Source: Podarcis liolepis
Taxonomy: Eukaryota
Assembly (NCBI GenBank): GCA_965112155.1
Contig: OZ218101.1
Length of the DNA stretch: 64,000 nt
Reading direction: 5' to 3' (one strand)
Shown: piece after piece, positions 1 through 12,245 of the stretch
Numbering within the stretch: position 1 is the first letter of the stretch
How the letters are laid out: each line of letters begins with the position of its first letter
Translations under genes and position numbers: made by a program
Notes under the pieces: generated by a model
What the model saw: the letters and a program-made list of their open reading frames with translations, nothing else
Told to the model about the DNA's origin: nothing
Database searches by the model: none

Positions 1-988
1 TGACCCTCACCTGTTCCAAGCCTCCTTCAGCTGAGGAATCACAGACCACTCACACCTGGCCAGCTAGTTTGCTGGGCTGTGAACCTTTGCCTGCATCAGC
101 CTCTTGGAGCACCTCTCCCGGTGTGGTTGTGGAGATAGGGGCGCCTCTGGCTCTGGTGATGGGTCCTCATGCTCTGGCATGCTCTGGCTCCATCCCCTCA
201 CCATCCTCCATCACCCTGTGAGTACTACCTTACCCATTCCTTGCTTGCTCCAGCCCTGGCTACACCCATCGTTCATGGCAGCAATTATGTGTTAAACATC
301 ATGCAAATACCTCTGTTTATGTGCTTGAAGGCCTTTGCAGTAGCTCCGTGGGATAAGTTGACAGAAAAGTGGCTTCGTTGTGCCCTATGTCAGTGATGTG
401 GCACCAAGCTAGCGGGTAAACTGAGGACGTCTGTTCCCCGAAACTCTGTGTTACGTATTGGGTGGGAGGGAAGGGAGGGAGATGAGATCTGGTGCTTTAG
501 ATGTTTTGACAATGAAAAGGAGTCATAAAGTGGGATGTGGTTTTCCATTCTGCTGTCACTTCAGGTTTGTCTATCCGGAGTAATGTGACTGACTCCTTCC
601 GCCCATATGTCTTGCTAAATCACACCAACAGCTCAAATAAACTGTGACAGGTAGGGTCAGAGACCTTCTCCTCTCTAGCTCTCTCTATTCTGATGACTTC
701 TGGATATTAGCAGTAGTAGCATCTGGTACATAATTAAGCAGGGCTTTCAGGAGTGGCTTTGGTTTATGTCACAGCTTCATAATGGAAGTTGGCAGTTGGA
801 TGTCAAAGTCAAAGTCTTCCCCCGGCTGTACATATCATTAGACTGGTGTAGTTAAGGCACTCCACTTCCTGGAGTCGATGGCACACCGTGATCCACATTG
901 CATCAGACCAGTTTGGATGGCTCCACACTTAGGGGATGGAGATATAGCAATGTGGGAGGATGTCTGTCAGTGAGAGGAAGTTCTCAAC

Positions 989-1110
989 TGGAGAAAGCAG
1001 ACGGGGAGAAATTAACCCTCATTGCCTCATAATACTAGAGCTTTGGATCATCCAAGGAAGTTGACTGTTGGGAGATCCAGGACAGACAAAAGGCAATGCT
1101 TCTTCATACT
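989..1110 (+). mobile_element. CR1 LINE fragment (ORF2 C-terminus), 5' part of an interrupted copy
   Basis: Encodes HNTRALDHPRKLTVGRSRTDKRQCFF, resembling CR1 ORF2 end (HNTRTRGHPMKL..GRFRTDKRKYFF). Confidence 0.65.
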
Positions 1111-1478
1111 GTTGTCTAGTTTGTACATAACCTTGCCTAGGCAGGAACATGGAAGCATGAGGGTACTCATAGGAAAAAATTGCATCTTCTTCCTCATTAC
1201 CCAGAACTGAGACGTGGTTTAGTTGAGAGTTCTGTTAAAATCAGGACTTGTGGTTTATTTTCCACAGACAAACCATCGCTGTCAACCAAGAACAGATCTT
1301 GGCTACAGCTTATGGTTCTCTTATGGAATGAGTCAATCTATGAAATCAAATTTGGACGTTAGCAGTAAGGGAAATCGTGGCTTAGTCACCAGTAAGACTA
1401 GAGGAGGAGCAAAGCAGATGTGATCTTTCCAGGGGGGTTCTGAATGCTTACACATTTACACTTAGCTATGCACAGCAT

Positions 1479-1719
1479 TCCTGCCAACCTAGCAGTTCGG
1501 AATCATTTCAAAGTGCAAGTAGATAAATAGGTACCGCTCTGGCGGGAAGGTAAATGGCGTTTCCGTGCGCTGCTCTGGTTCGCCAGAAGCGGCTTAGTCA
1601 TGCTGGCCACATGACCTGGAAGCTGTACGCTGGCTCCCTCGGCCAATAAAGCGAGATGAGTGCCGCAACCCCAGAGTCGGCCACGACTGGACCTAATGGT
1701 CAGGGGTCCCTTTACCTTT
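1479..1719 (+). mobile_element. Sauria (POM/Squam1-type) SINE, 5'-truncated
   Basis: Matches the 3' two-thirds of the copies at 6373, 13381, 23135 and 26394. Has an ACCTTT tail and a 12-bp TSD tatgcacagcat. Confidence 0.9.
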
Positions 1720-1779
1720 TATGCACAGCATAGCTTACATAGCCCAGCATGCAATCTGGGCCTGTGCATAATTAAACTA

Positions 1780-2021
1780 CAGTGGTACCTCGGGTTAAGT
1801 ACTTAATTCGTTCCAGAGGTCCGTTCTTAACATGAAACTGTTCTTAACCTGAAGCACCACTTTTGCTAATGGGGCCTCCTGCTGCTACCGTGCTGCCGGA
1901 GCATGATTTTTGTTCTCATCCTGAAGCAAAGTTCTTAACCCGAGGTACTATTTCTGGGTTAGCGGAATCTATAACCTGAAGCGTATGTAACCTGAAGTGT
2001 ATGTAACCTGAGGTACCACTG
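1780..2021. mobile_element. Tc1/mariner (Tigger-like) MITE, family A
   Basis: TIRs CAGTGGTACCTC...GAGGTACCACTG with TA on the left. Internal taacctgaag repeats. Four further copies in the window. Confidence 0.88.
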
Positions 2022-2329
2022 TGCGGACTTTACTACCATGAGATGTATTGATGGCCACCAACTTTGGGTGGCTTTAAGGGGGATTAGGCAAAGTCGTGGA
2101 GATTTAAGGCTATTGCTGGCGACTACTTCTTGCAGCTATGTACCACCTCCAGTATGAAAGGCAGTATTCTTCTGAATACCAGTTGCTGGGGAACACAAAC
2201 AGGAGAGTGCTGTTGTGCAGGTGTCTTCCTTGTGGGTTTCCCATAAGCATCTGCTTGGCCATTGTGGGAAACAGGACACTGTACCAGATAAGCTTTTGAT
2301 CTGATCTTGCAGGATTCTTATGTTCTTTG
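2022..2329 (+). mobile_element. CR1 LINE 3' end, continuation of the copy at 989-1110
   Basis: gatggccaccaactt...ggattag...ttcttatgttctt tail. Similar to 54350-54682. Confidence 0.7.
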
Positions 2330-3008
2330 TTGAAATGCCTGAACATATACGGTGCAGTACATAATGTTCCTTGGGAAAGGAAAATGTACAAGTGCCGTGA
2401 GAGTTTCTTTATTAAGCCTTTGGATGAAATCTAAATCTGGTTGTTGAGTTGGAATGAAATGGCTGAAATGTTTAAGCCTTTAAATAATATTAGCATTCTT
2501 TATGTGCCCCTGGGGAAGGGGCTCTAGGACAGGCAGCTCCCACTACTCCCCCTCACCCATCCAGTCCCTGACATCAGGCCACTATCTGGAGAACAGAGTG
2601 GGGCCTCGCCCCCCCCCCCAATAGAGAAGCCAGCCTCATCATTTCAGTTTACATCACAAACTCTTTCAAACACCCTTCCTTGCTGCTTCTCAAAGAACTG
2701 AAATATTTGCTAGCTGGCAAATGTGTGAAAACTACCCGGGCAGGTGTTAAGCAAACCTAGAGTACAGGTTGCCGAAGCAAATGCTGTTCTAAGTTTATGT
2801 TCGTTATGAATGAGATGGTTATGTAAAGAATTTTTCACTTTGCAGATACAGCCTGTGGCCTGGCTGTGGTGTGGTGTAACCATGGGTCTTCTGCAGTTGC
2901 AAATGTAGTAACATTTTTTAAAAACACACACCACACATTTGTAAATACTTCTCATAGGCTTGATTCTTGGCTCTATTTTTAATTATATATCATTTTTGCC
3001 AACTTATA

Positions 3009-3250
3009 CAGTGGTACCTCATGTTACATACGCTTCAGGTTACATACGCTTCAGGTTACAGACTCCACTAACCCAGAAATAGTGCTTCAGGTTAAGAACT
3101 TTGCTTCTGGATGAGAACAAAAATCGTGCTCTGGCGGCGCGGCGGCAGCAAGAAGCCCCATTATCTAAAGTGCTGCTTCAGGTTAAGAACAGTTTCAGGT
3201 TAAGAACGGACCTCCGGAACGTATTAAGTACTTAACCTGAGGTACCACTG
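3009..3250. mobile_element. Tc1/mariner MITE, family A (opposite orientation to the 1780 copy)
   Basis: TA|CAGTGGTACCTC...GAGGTACCACTG|TA. Confidence 0.9.
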
Positions 3251-5228
3251 TATTTGCATGTTGGCTTCACAACAGCTATGGGTAGAACACCACTATGGAG
3301 AAGCATGCTGTCTGTAAAAAGGTATTTATATGAAACATTGATCTGATCAATTGAGGGGGGCTGATATTAATGTGTTCATTGATTCTAGGCACACAAAAAG
3401 TCATTCTTAAAACAAAAAGAAAAACGAGCTTCGCTTTCCCTTCTTTGGTCCTCCTTTAGTTGCTTGTGTTTCATGTCCCTGGGGAATATGATAACATTTG
3501 CTGTCCTACCATAAGTGGCGAGGAATATTGCTGTGCTTGCTTCGTTTTCTAAGTGGTTGGTAAGAGAAATAGGATGCCAAATAGGGCGGTGTTAGAAATG
3601 TAATTTGGAGGCCTGTTTCTGGAATAAAAATAAATAAATCATAGTTGTTGCTATGGAATCCGATAAAACATTTTTAACCTTTTGAATAATGAATTGTGGT
3701 CCCCAGGGTCTCTGGAACAGTAATGCAAGGCTTCCAAGAAAGCCATTGACAATAATTGTTTGAATGCAATGTTGCTTTTGTGGCCCGTATTCCCAGATGT
3801 GCCTGAAGGCAGGCTTCTAGATGGAAGGAAAGAAGTACGAGATGAGGAAAGAGGAGAGAAACTGAGAACGAAAACTAGACAGCAGATATGTGTCTTACAA
3901 AAACCTGCAAATAGTAGCAGATGGCATGGTCAGGTGGAGGCGCTTACCTGGCCTTCCCACAGGTGAGTGAGTCTCTGTTGTGCGGTGAGTGGGGAGAGGG
4001 GATGGTGGTGCAGTGCAAACGTACCAGCAGGAGCAGCAGATTGGCTCTGTCGATGCATTTGCACTACACCAACCTAACTACCGCCTCCCGCTCCCAGTAG
4101 GCAGCAGCAGCCCACCCCATCAGACTGCCCACTGCTGCCTGTAAAGTTGATCTATATTGCATCTTTTACTACTTAAAGAAATACTATGAAGAAAACATTA
4201 CTGGTGGGGGAATCTGGTGGTTTTTTTATGGTATAATCTGCAACATTCCACTGACACAATAATAGTGCTTTAGTACTGGATTTTTGCTAGAAGGTCCACA
4301 TATCATTCTGCTTTATTACTTTATTTATTTTTGAAATTTCTATACCGCTTTATATTTTTAATAAAAATCTCAAAGCGGTTTACAGCATATTAAATCAATA
4401 AATTGTTCTGCAATACTTCCCCAACGTACAACGGTTATTGCTGCCTTCATTGTAGCAGAGGACACCTAAGGCAATAAACCAAAACCAGAACGTTTGTTGT
4501 GTGAAAAGGTACAAGATTTCCGCAGCAAGCTATGGGACTTGAACCAAATGGAAATGAAGCTATAAGTCTATCCCAAAACCGTTGCAGGAACAAACCGTAT
4601 TGAAAGCCGGATTGTGCATAACTGCCCTGATTCCATCACAAGCACAAATAATCACCAGTGCTCATCTGGAGTGGCCCTTGATTTTATCTGGACCTACTGA
4701 GGCTGCTTCTTCCAAAACAGGATTGCTGAAACTGAAGAGCTAGAGAGAGAGAGATAATTTACATTTTTTTATGAATTAACTTTTGCAATATCTGTCATAT
4801 CAATGCTCGGATGATGGACTGGTAGTAGCAGGTTGCCTCCCTTTTCTTACAGACTCCCTAGCTGCTGTTCTGAAGGTTATAGGGGTAAAATAATTCAAAC
4901 ACTGGTTCATACCCCAGTTAGTCAATTAGCATATGTTGTCTGTTTTATAGACCAAAATGTATGACACAGTAATACCTGTGGTCAGATCCTCTGCATTTTT
5001 AAAGAAAATTGTAAATGCAGTCACAAACTCCCCAGTTCTGATTAGGGCTGTGGCCGTGAAGGCAGGTATTTTTGCCTCTTTCCCCAACCCCATCACATTC
5101 TCTGTCCAAATTGTCCTTGGAACTGTTTGCTCCATGGTTGAGGAAAATGGATACTTGCCCTGCCGTTGCTTTTGTGCTATCCTTCATGGGGCAAAAAGAA
5201 AGTCCAGGGGGGCAGTTATAAACAGGAA

Positions 5229-5733
5229 TGTGATGTTAACATATGAGAGTTCTGGAGGTGAAATAGTTAAACAGGTTACCCAATCAGAACCTAGGGGGTG
5301 GAGTCAGAGGGACTATAAAACCAGTTCTGGGCGGGGCGAAGGGAGGAGCTCGTTGGGTGGTTGGTTGGAGTGGGAGTGAATTGGGATAGAGTCTGTGGGT
5401 AGGTTGAGTTAGTGTAGCGAAATCAGCTGAGTCAGGAACAATTAGGAACTAGGAAGACAAGAAAATATCTGAGAGGTGGTTTAGTGAGTGAGAGCAGGTA
5501 GCGGAAGTTATAGGTCTGGATAGGCAACCCATGATTGTAAAGGACCGATACCGTTTATGAAACCACACGCTTGTTAAACTTCAATAAATAAATAGAAGTT
5601 TATGTTCCAATTTAACCCTGACTGGACTCAGTATTGTACCACGTAGGGCCTGGGTGGTGGCAGAGAGTAATAAAGTGGTGGCACAGGGATCAATAGACGG
5701 TGAAACCTCCGGGGACCCTGTGTGATCGCCACA
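5229..5733 (+). mobile_element. Solo LTR (505 bp)
   Basis: TGT...ACA termini, 5-bp TSD aggaa, TATA-like ctataaaa at ~5313, AATAAA at ~5584. Confidence 0.85.
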
Positions 5734-5783
5734 AGGAAGATAGCATGCGATGGGCAGAGCGAGTTCCATTGGATCTGCATTTA

Positions 5784-5785
<2 letters not shown>

Positions 5786-5817
<32 letters not shown>
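5786..5817. repeat. (GT)n microsatellite
   Basis: Read directly. Confidence 0.95.
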
Positions 5818-5818
<1 letters not shown>

Positions 5819-6372
5819 TGCAGTTTGTACATGTAACATGCCAAGTCCACTCGCCTGTAGTTGAGAGATAAGCTACTCAGGCAGCAGTTAGTTTTCTGGC
5901 ATAATAATCTGCAGGGCCGCCAGTCAGTCAATTCAAGTTTTCAGTTACCTAAGGTTGGTATGTCCTTACCTTATGAGTGCTGTTGCCTGATAAACCAAAT
6001 AATGGAGATGACATTAAAATGATCTCTTTCTTGATTGACAAGGGAAACTATGGCAATAACCCTGGACTCATTTCGCACTGGATATCAGCTATATACAGGT
6101 GTTCAACCTGATCATAGCCTAAATGTGTGTGTGTGTTGGGGGGGGGGGAAACTAGTGTGTGCATGCTGATTCCAACCCCAATGCTGAGTGCGCCCCTCCT
6201 TCCTTGCTTTAGCTGAACCATGTTTAGAAGTCTCCTTCACACCTCTGTTCTACAAAGGCCTTGCATGTTGTGGGGACATTGGGAAGGAGGCCAACACTTA
6301 CCCAGCCCCCTGCACACACTTAACCACTTCATGATCAGGCTGGATAATAGGGCTCTTGTAAGGTGTGGAAAA

Positions 6373-6727
6373 GGATGCGGGTGGCGCTGTGGGTTAAACC
6401 CCAGAGCCTAGGACTTGCCGATCAAAAGGTCAGCAATTCGAATCCCTGCGACGGGGTGGGTTCCCGTTGCTCGGTCCCTGCTCCTGCCAACCTAGCAGTT
6501 CGAAAGCATGTCAAAGTGCAAGTAGATAAATAGGTACCACTCCGGCGGGAAGGTAAACGGCGTTTCTGTGCGCTGCTGTGGTTCGCCAAAAGCGGCTTAG
6601 TCATGCTGGCCACATAACCTGGAAGCTGTACGCCGGCTCCCTTGGCCAATAAAGCGAGATGAGCGCTGCAACCCCAGAGTCAGTCACGACTGGACCTAAT
6701 GGTTAGGGGTCCCTTTACCTTTACCTT
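6373..6727 (+). mobile_element. Sauria SINE, full length
   Basis: tRNA-like head with A/B-box-like motifs, (ACCTTT)n tail, 14-bp TSD taaggtgtggaaaa. Confidence 0.93.
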
Positions 6728-7184
6728 TAAGGTGTGGAAAATCATACATGGTGCACGATTATAGCCCTAGTTTTCATTGTTTGTCGAGAAATGGAGGAAC
6801 AAGGAATGCGTAAGTGCATGTTGTACCTGTTTCTGACCACTGTGTGCAAATGTTTGCATAGGTCTAAGCTCGTCCAAGTGTACCTGCTCAAGGCTCTGTC
6901 CATGTGCTTGGAAACCCTTCTTTTCTAAGCCTCCCATTGCTCAGAAAGAGCCCTACATGCATAACTTTGCATGTGCATAGGATCTGTACAAGTATTATGC
7001 TGAACAGATGGAAGTTGGGAGTTTGAAATCTTACCTGTGAACCTACTTCCCACACGCAAATTCAGTGCAGCTTGTGAAAAACGTTAGCGACACGTGCATA
7101 TGTCCACATGCATAGCAAACTGTAAGATACATGTCACCATATGTGCATAGGTTTGCGCCCAGCTTTTACAGCTGGTAAGCAAGA

Positions 7185-7522
7185 GAGTCCCATGGACTGC
7201 AAGAAGATCAAAGGTATCCATTCTTAAGGAAATCAGCCCTGAGTTCTCACTGGAAGGACAGATCCTGAAGCTGAGGCTCCAGTACTTTGGCCACCTCATG
7301 AGAAGAGAAGACTCCCTGGAGAAGACCCTGATGTTGGGGAAGATGGAGGGCACAAGGAGAAGGGGACGACAGAGGGCGAGATGGTTGGATAGTGTTCTCG
7401 AAGCTACCAGCATGAGTTTGACCAAACTGTGGGAGGCAGTGGAAGACAGGAGTGCCTGGAGTGCTCTGGTCCATGGGGCCATGAAGAGTCGAACATGACT
7501 AAACGACTAAACAACAACAACA
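7185..7522 (+). mobile_element. Bov-B (RTE) LINE 3' end, 5'-truncated
   Basis: Encodes ..LEKTLMLGKMEGTRRRGRQRARWLD... Has a (CAA)n tail and TSD aagcaaga. Confidence 0.93.
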
Positions 7523-8584
7523 AAGCAAGAAGCAATGAATGATATCCAGCCTCAAGCAGCCAAACTTCTTTTTCCTTTCCTCCTCCTGGGACAACTCTAT
7601 TCTGGTTGGTCACCTAATCTTCTGGGATAGATTATGTGGGGGGCTGCAGCCAGGGCAGGGGATCCATTCTGCCAATCGTACCCATTCCAACGAAGAAAGT
7701 CCTCAGCTATGGCAACTGTTCTTTATCTCAGTGTAGAAGTCATGATGAAGGCAAAAGCTGACAGCTATAGTATTGTCAGGATTTTAGATGAATTGAGAAA
7801 ACATGCAGTGTTGGCAAGTATAGCTCCAGTGCCTGGATCTGGGGCAATGAGCCAGATACTGTTTGTACAAGGAGGTCAGTAGGACAAAAGGTTAAAGAAA
7901 TACAGTGCCCTTTGCGGAGGGAAAAAATAACATTCACTCTCGGCACATTTTTGTATGAAATGCCTGAAACTGGTGGTTTTTGAAAGTGAACTCTGAGTTT
8001 CTGAAGCAGCAAGACTTTTATGCAATAGTAAGCTTCATTCTACAACACCCATTGCAAACTCAGCCATGAAGATTTTTCTAGACCCATTTTCCCTTTCACT
8101 GTCCTACTTGCAACTTTTCTGACATATTTAATAGTGCATAAGACAAGCCCCTACTTGGGATATATTAATGGATTCTTGCCTAGATTTAGAGCTCAGCCAA
8201 TCAGAAATAAGGGAACAAACCATCATTTTAATGCAGAATTACAAACACACATCATGAGCCCTTATGATAGGTTGTCCTCTAAACATATTGCAACCCTTAT
8301 ACTTTTCATCACAACCACCTTTTATCTTATAGTGCCCTGTGCAAAATAGTTTTTGAATAAATTATCCTGCAGAGTGCTATTAAAATGGCAGGTTGCTCTT
8401 TGGAAATTATGCAGGTAACGTCTAAAAATAATATGCAAAAGGTTAGTAGCAAAAAAAATAAGAGAATGTCATCATCAGGCTTAAAACGCTTGCTTTTGTT
8501 TAGCTGAGAGGTGATGTGGGACCAATTCCACCAGTTCAGTTGTGAAATTTGTGACAAAAAGTAGTGGCGTTCTATTTAATAATA

Positions 8585-8833
8585 TCTACTATATATTTTG
8601 GAAAGTTGTGTCTCTTTTTCCTATGCATTTGAGCACCTCTTAAGATACTGTAACCAAATTTTGCATGATGATTCCTGGTATCACGGAGGAGGTTTTCATC
8701 TGTGTTGGGATACAGTTAGATGCCATTTTGGACTAGAAGGTGGAAGGAAATTTCAAAACTGCACTGATTTTAACAACACATTGTTTTTCTGTTTGTTAAA
8801 ATTCACGAGCAACACTGGATATAATCCTGCTAG
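8585..8833 (+). mobile_element. Probable non-autonomous Helitron
   Basis: A|TCTACTATATA 5' end and CTAG|T 3' end, a degenerate subterminal hairpin-like segment, no TSD. Confidence 0.6.
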
Positions 8834-8910
8834 TAGTAATTATTTTTAAAATTTTGCCCCATGCATATAAATTAGCATGCATTATTTTTGCTGATGCACA
8901 CTACTTATTA

Positions 8911-9664
8911 CAGTGGTACCTTGGTTCCGAAATTTAATCCATTCCGGAAGTCTGTTTCAAAACCAAAGTGTTCTAAAACCAAGGCGTGCTTTCCCATAGA
9001 AAGTAATGCAAAATGGATTAATCTGTTCCAGACTTTAAAAAACAACCCCTAAAACAGCAATTTAACATGAATTTTATTATCTAACGAGACCATTGATCCA
9101 TGAAATGAAAGCAATAATCAATGTACTGTACTATACAATAAATAAGACAGTATTGTAGATGATAGAAATTAAAATTATTATTTTTTCTTATGTACACTGA
9201 TGATAGTCATTGCTTGGATGGGGGGCTTTTATTCATTTCTGCAGGCACACAATCAATCAGTAGCTGAACTGGGTTCTACACAGTCACAAAAACAAGTCAC
9301 AAAAATTGAATCATAAGCCTCAGTCACAAAAATGGAGTCGCAAGCCTCAGTCACAAGTCAGTCCCATAAAATGAAGAACAAGTCAGTCAAAAAAATGAAA
9401 AAGCCACACAAACAAAAATGAAAAAATAGCAATAACAAAAGCTCCAATTATCACCTCTGTGACTCAACAGCCAACAGACTCAACAGGAAGCCTCTGATTA
9501 GCAGTGTGGGACTCAGTTTACAAATGGAACACACTCAACAGGAAGCAGAGCATGTTCAGCTTCCAAGGCAAAGTTCACAAACCGGAACACCTACTTCCTG
9601 GTTTGTAGCATTTTATTTCCAAGTTGTTCATAAACTAAGATGATCTAAAACCAAGGTACCACTG
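8911..9664. mobile_element. Non-autonomous Tc1/mariner-type DNA transposon (754 bp)
   Basis: TA|CAGTGGTACCTTGGTT...AACCAAGGTACCACTG|TA. Internal degenerate agtcacaaaa repeats. Confidence 0.88.
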
Positions 9665-10670
9665 TACTAGTACTCCAGCAGATTCATGCAAGGCTTAAAC
9701 AGTCAACAAGTGGAATGGCACATAGGTCCAGATTTCCACTCCATGTGTTAGTTTGTCGTCCCAAGCACATTGTAAGGAGAGACAGGAAGGGGAGCACATT
9801 ATGCATCCTACTGCAATTGCTTTAGTGACTTTTCAGACTCTGACATGTAATTTCCTGCTGCTTGCTGCTGCAGCCTCCATTTATGCAGCATACTGATATT
9901 GTCCAAAATGCTTGGTTCTTGATCTGTTAGTGGCTTTTGATGCTGTTGACCACAGTATCCTCCTGGACTGGCTCTGTGGGTTGGGTATTGAGGGCAGTGT
10001 TTTACAGTGGCTCCATTCCTACCTGCAGGCCAAGTCCAGAGAACAGATGTGGAAGATTGCGTCACTGCCACCCTGTGGTCCTTTCGCCAACTGTTCATTC
10101 GACAGCTATTGTCCATTCTTGCACAAAAGGTAGCTTGGCTGTGGCGATTCATGCAGTGGTAATCTCAAGCTTCAATTCTTGCAATGTGCTCTATGTGGGG
10201 CTTACCCTTGATCTGAAAGCTGCAGCTGGTACACAGCGCTGCAGCTAGACTGTTGATGGGGACAGACTACTGCTATCCCACAACTCCAGTGCTTAAAAAG
10301 CTTGCACAGCCCTGCCCATACACTCCCATGTCAGGTTCAAGGTTCTTGTATTAATTTACAAGGCCTTTAACAACGTGGGTCCAGGATATCTTAAGGACTA
10401 CCTGATCCCCTATATCCTGGGTCAGCCACTGAGATCTTGGGAAGAGTCTCTGTTGGTGGTCCCCCGAGGTTCAGACGTATGACTCATAACTGCTAGAAGT
10501 GTAAGGGACTGAAGCTTATGGAACTCCCAATTGAAATTAGACAGGCATTCTCCTTACTGAACTTCAGGCGCATGACTTAAGACTTTCATGTTCCGTTTTC
10601 AGGTAGTCTTTGGTTTTATGATAAATTCTTATCATTTTATTGTCCCATTTTCTGTGTATTGTTTTTATAT

Positions 10671-10948
10671 GGGTAGCTCAGCTGGTGCTGATAATGTCAA
10701 GGTTGCAGAGTCGATCCTTGTATGGAACAACTGCATATTTCTGTATTGTAGGGAGTTGGAGTAGATCAAGCTTCCTCAGCCTCAGCCCTCCAGATGTTTT
10801 TGACCTACAACTCCCATGATCCCTAGCTAGCAGGACCAGTGATCAGGGATGATGGGAATTGTAGTCTCAAAACATCTGGAGGGCCGAGGTTGAGGAAACC
10901 TGGACTAGATGATCCTCGGGTTCCCTTCCAACTCTATGATTCTATGAT
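10671..10948 (+). mobile_element. tRNA-derived SINE with CR1-type tail (Squam2-like)
   Basis: tagctcagctggt A-box head and ccttccaactctatgattctatgat tail. Interrupted by a MITE. Confidence 0.75.
10767..10902. mobile_element. Palindromic hAT-type MITE
   Basis: Near-palindrome over its length. 8-bp TSD gagtagat/gactagat. Confidence 0.85.
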
Positions 10949-11494
10949 ACACCTCTTAGAGATGCAAATATATAAGCAGTATATAAAAGTCTTAAATAAA
11001 TAAAATGTCTGTGACTCCATAACGCACATCAAATTCGGAAATCATGCATACTCTTTGGTTGTTTACATCTTAACTGAAGTAAATTGGAACTAATCAGCTT
11101 AACTATGAGCAGGGTCTATTTATGCTGATTTCTGAGATGTTAGGGAAATGTTGTTAGTTGTTATGTTGTAAGTTATTCTCAGAATGCAAGAATGCATTTC
11201 ACTGGAGTTTCACTGGAGTTTTGCAGAGTTTTGCTATAGGACAAATGAGTTATCCAGCAGAAGGAAGGTTTGATTTATGGCATTCAATATCTGTTACGAT
11301 TCAGAAAGAAAAAAACTGGTCTTCAATAAACTCCCAATCTGAAAGATGATGTATGATTCATGCAAAACACCGTAGAAATTGCTGCTTACTTCTTGACATT
11401 TTGTGCTATACTTTAATTATATTGACAAAGGAAATGAACAAACCCCTTTCTTAAAAACACACCAAGGAAATTTTTATTGGATTAGTCCCGACAG

Positions 11495-11612
11495 CAAATA
11501 AAGAAGCGCAATGTATTGTGAGAGGCTGCAGGGGGATTTAGATAAATTAAATAGATGGGTTAATAGATGGCAAGTGCTATTCAAGCCAGATTAACATGAA
11601 CTGGTGTTTAGG
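11495..11612 (+). mobile_element. Ancient CR1/L3 RT fragment
   Basis: Encodes CERLQGDLDKLNRWVNRWQVLFKPD, resembling the CR1 LQxDLDxLxxWAxxWQMxFN motif. Confidence 0.6.
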
Positions 11613-12245
11613 TATGATAAGGAACATTAAAAAAACACACCAACCCACAGCATTCGTTTGAATTATTCTTTGGAATATTGGCAAAAGACAAAATGAAATT
11701 ACGAAAACAAGCTATCGAGTGGTACACTCAGCAGCCAGTGTGCACATTAAGGTGGGATGTGTGGTTTCTCTTGCTAATGCTGGTATCAATAAAGAAATAT
11801 ACACATTCTTTTTCCCCCAAAGGAAACTGCCTTCATGCTTAAGCTGCTTCTAGCCATTGCCTCAACTATTCCATTTCAAACTTACTGTAGTAAATCAACA
11901 TTTTTCAACAATGAAGAACAGGGTTGGGCCTATTCAAAATCAGCATAACCACGTCACACAAGCATGCATTTTTATATTTGTCACAAAGTCTAGCACTGTG
12001 AGAGCCCTAACTTTATTTTTTCCCCTAAAAGAAAATATTCCACCCCCCCTTGCTCATACTTAGGAGCCTAGGAGAATATAGCTCACTGGTTGAAAAACCT
12101 CACGGTTTGCATTTGTCTTCAGAATTGTCCACGTGGGCACAGGTTTAGAATCCTGCCATGCCGAAAGGGTTCCAGGCAACATGCCTCCGTGTGATTTTAC
12201 AGAGGCCTACAGTGCTGGGGTAACCAATGTTGTGCCTTCCAGATG

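Larger units (their letters stand above)
9905..11004 (+). mobile_element. Old L2 LINE (RT fragment plus 3' end), internally deleted, with nested insertions
   Basis: Encodes VLDLLVAFDAVDHSILLDWL (RT motif) and IHAVVISSFNSCNVLYVGL. Ends in taaataaataaaa. Confidence 0.75.

Noticed and set aside
1-280. Possible LTR-like fragment at the window start (similar-looking sequence at ~61950-62600)
   Set aside because: Boundaries and TSD could not be determined from the window.
6373-6450. tRNA genes at SINE heads (also 10671, 30840 and others)
   Set aside because: The A/B boxes belong to SINE heads, with no complete cloverleaf.
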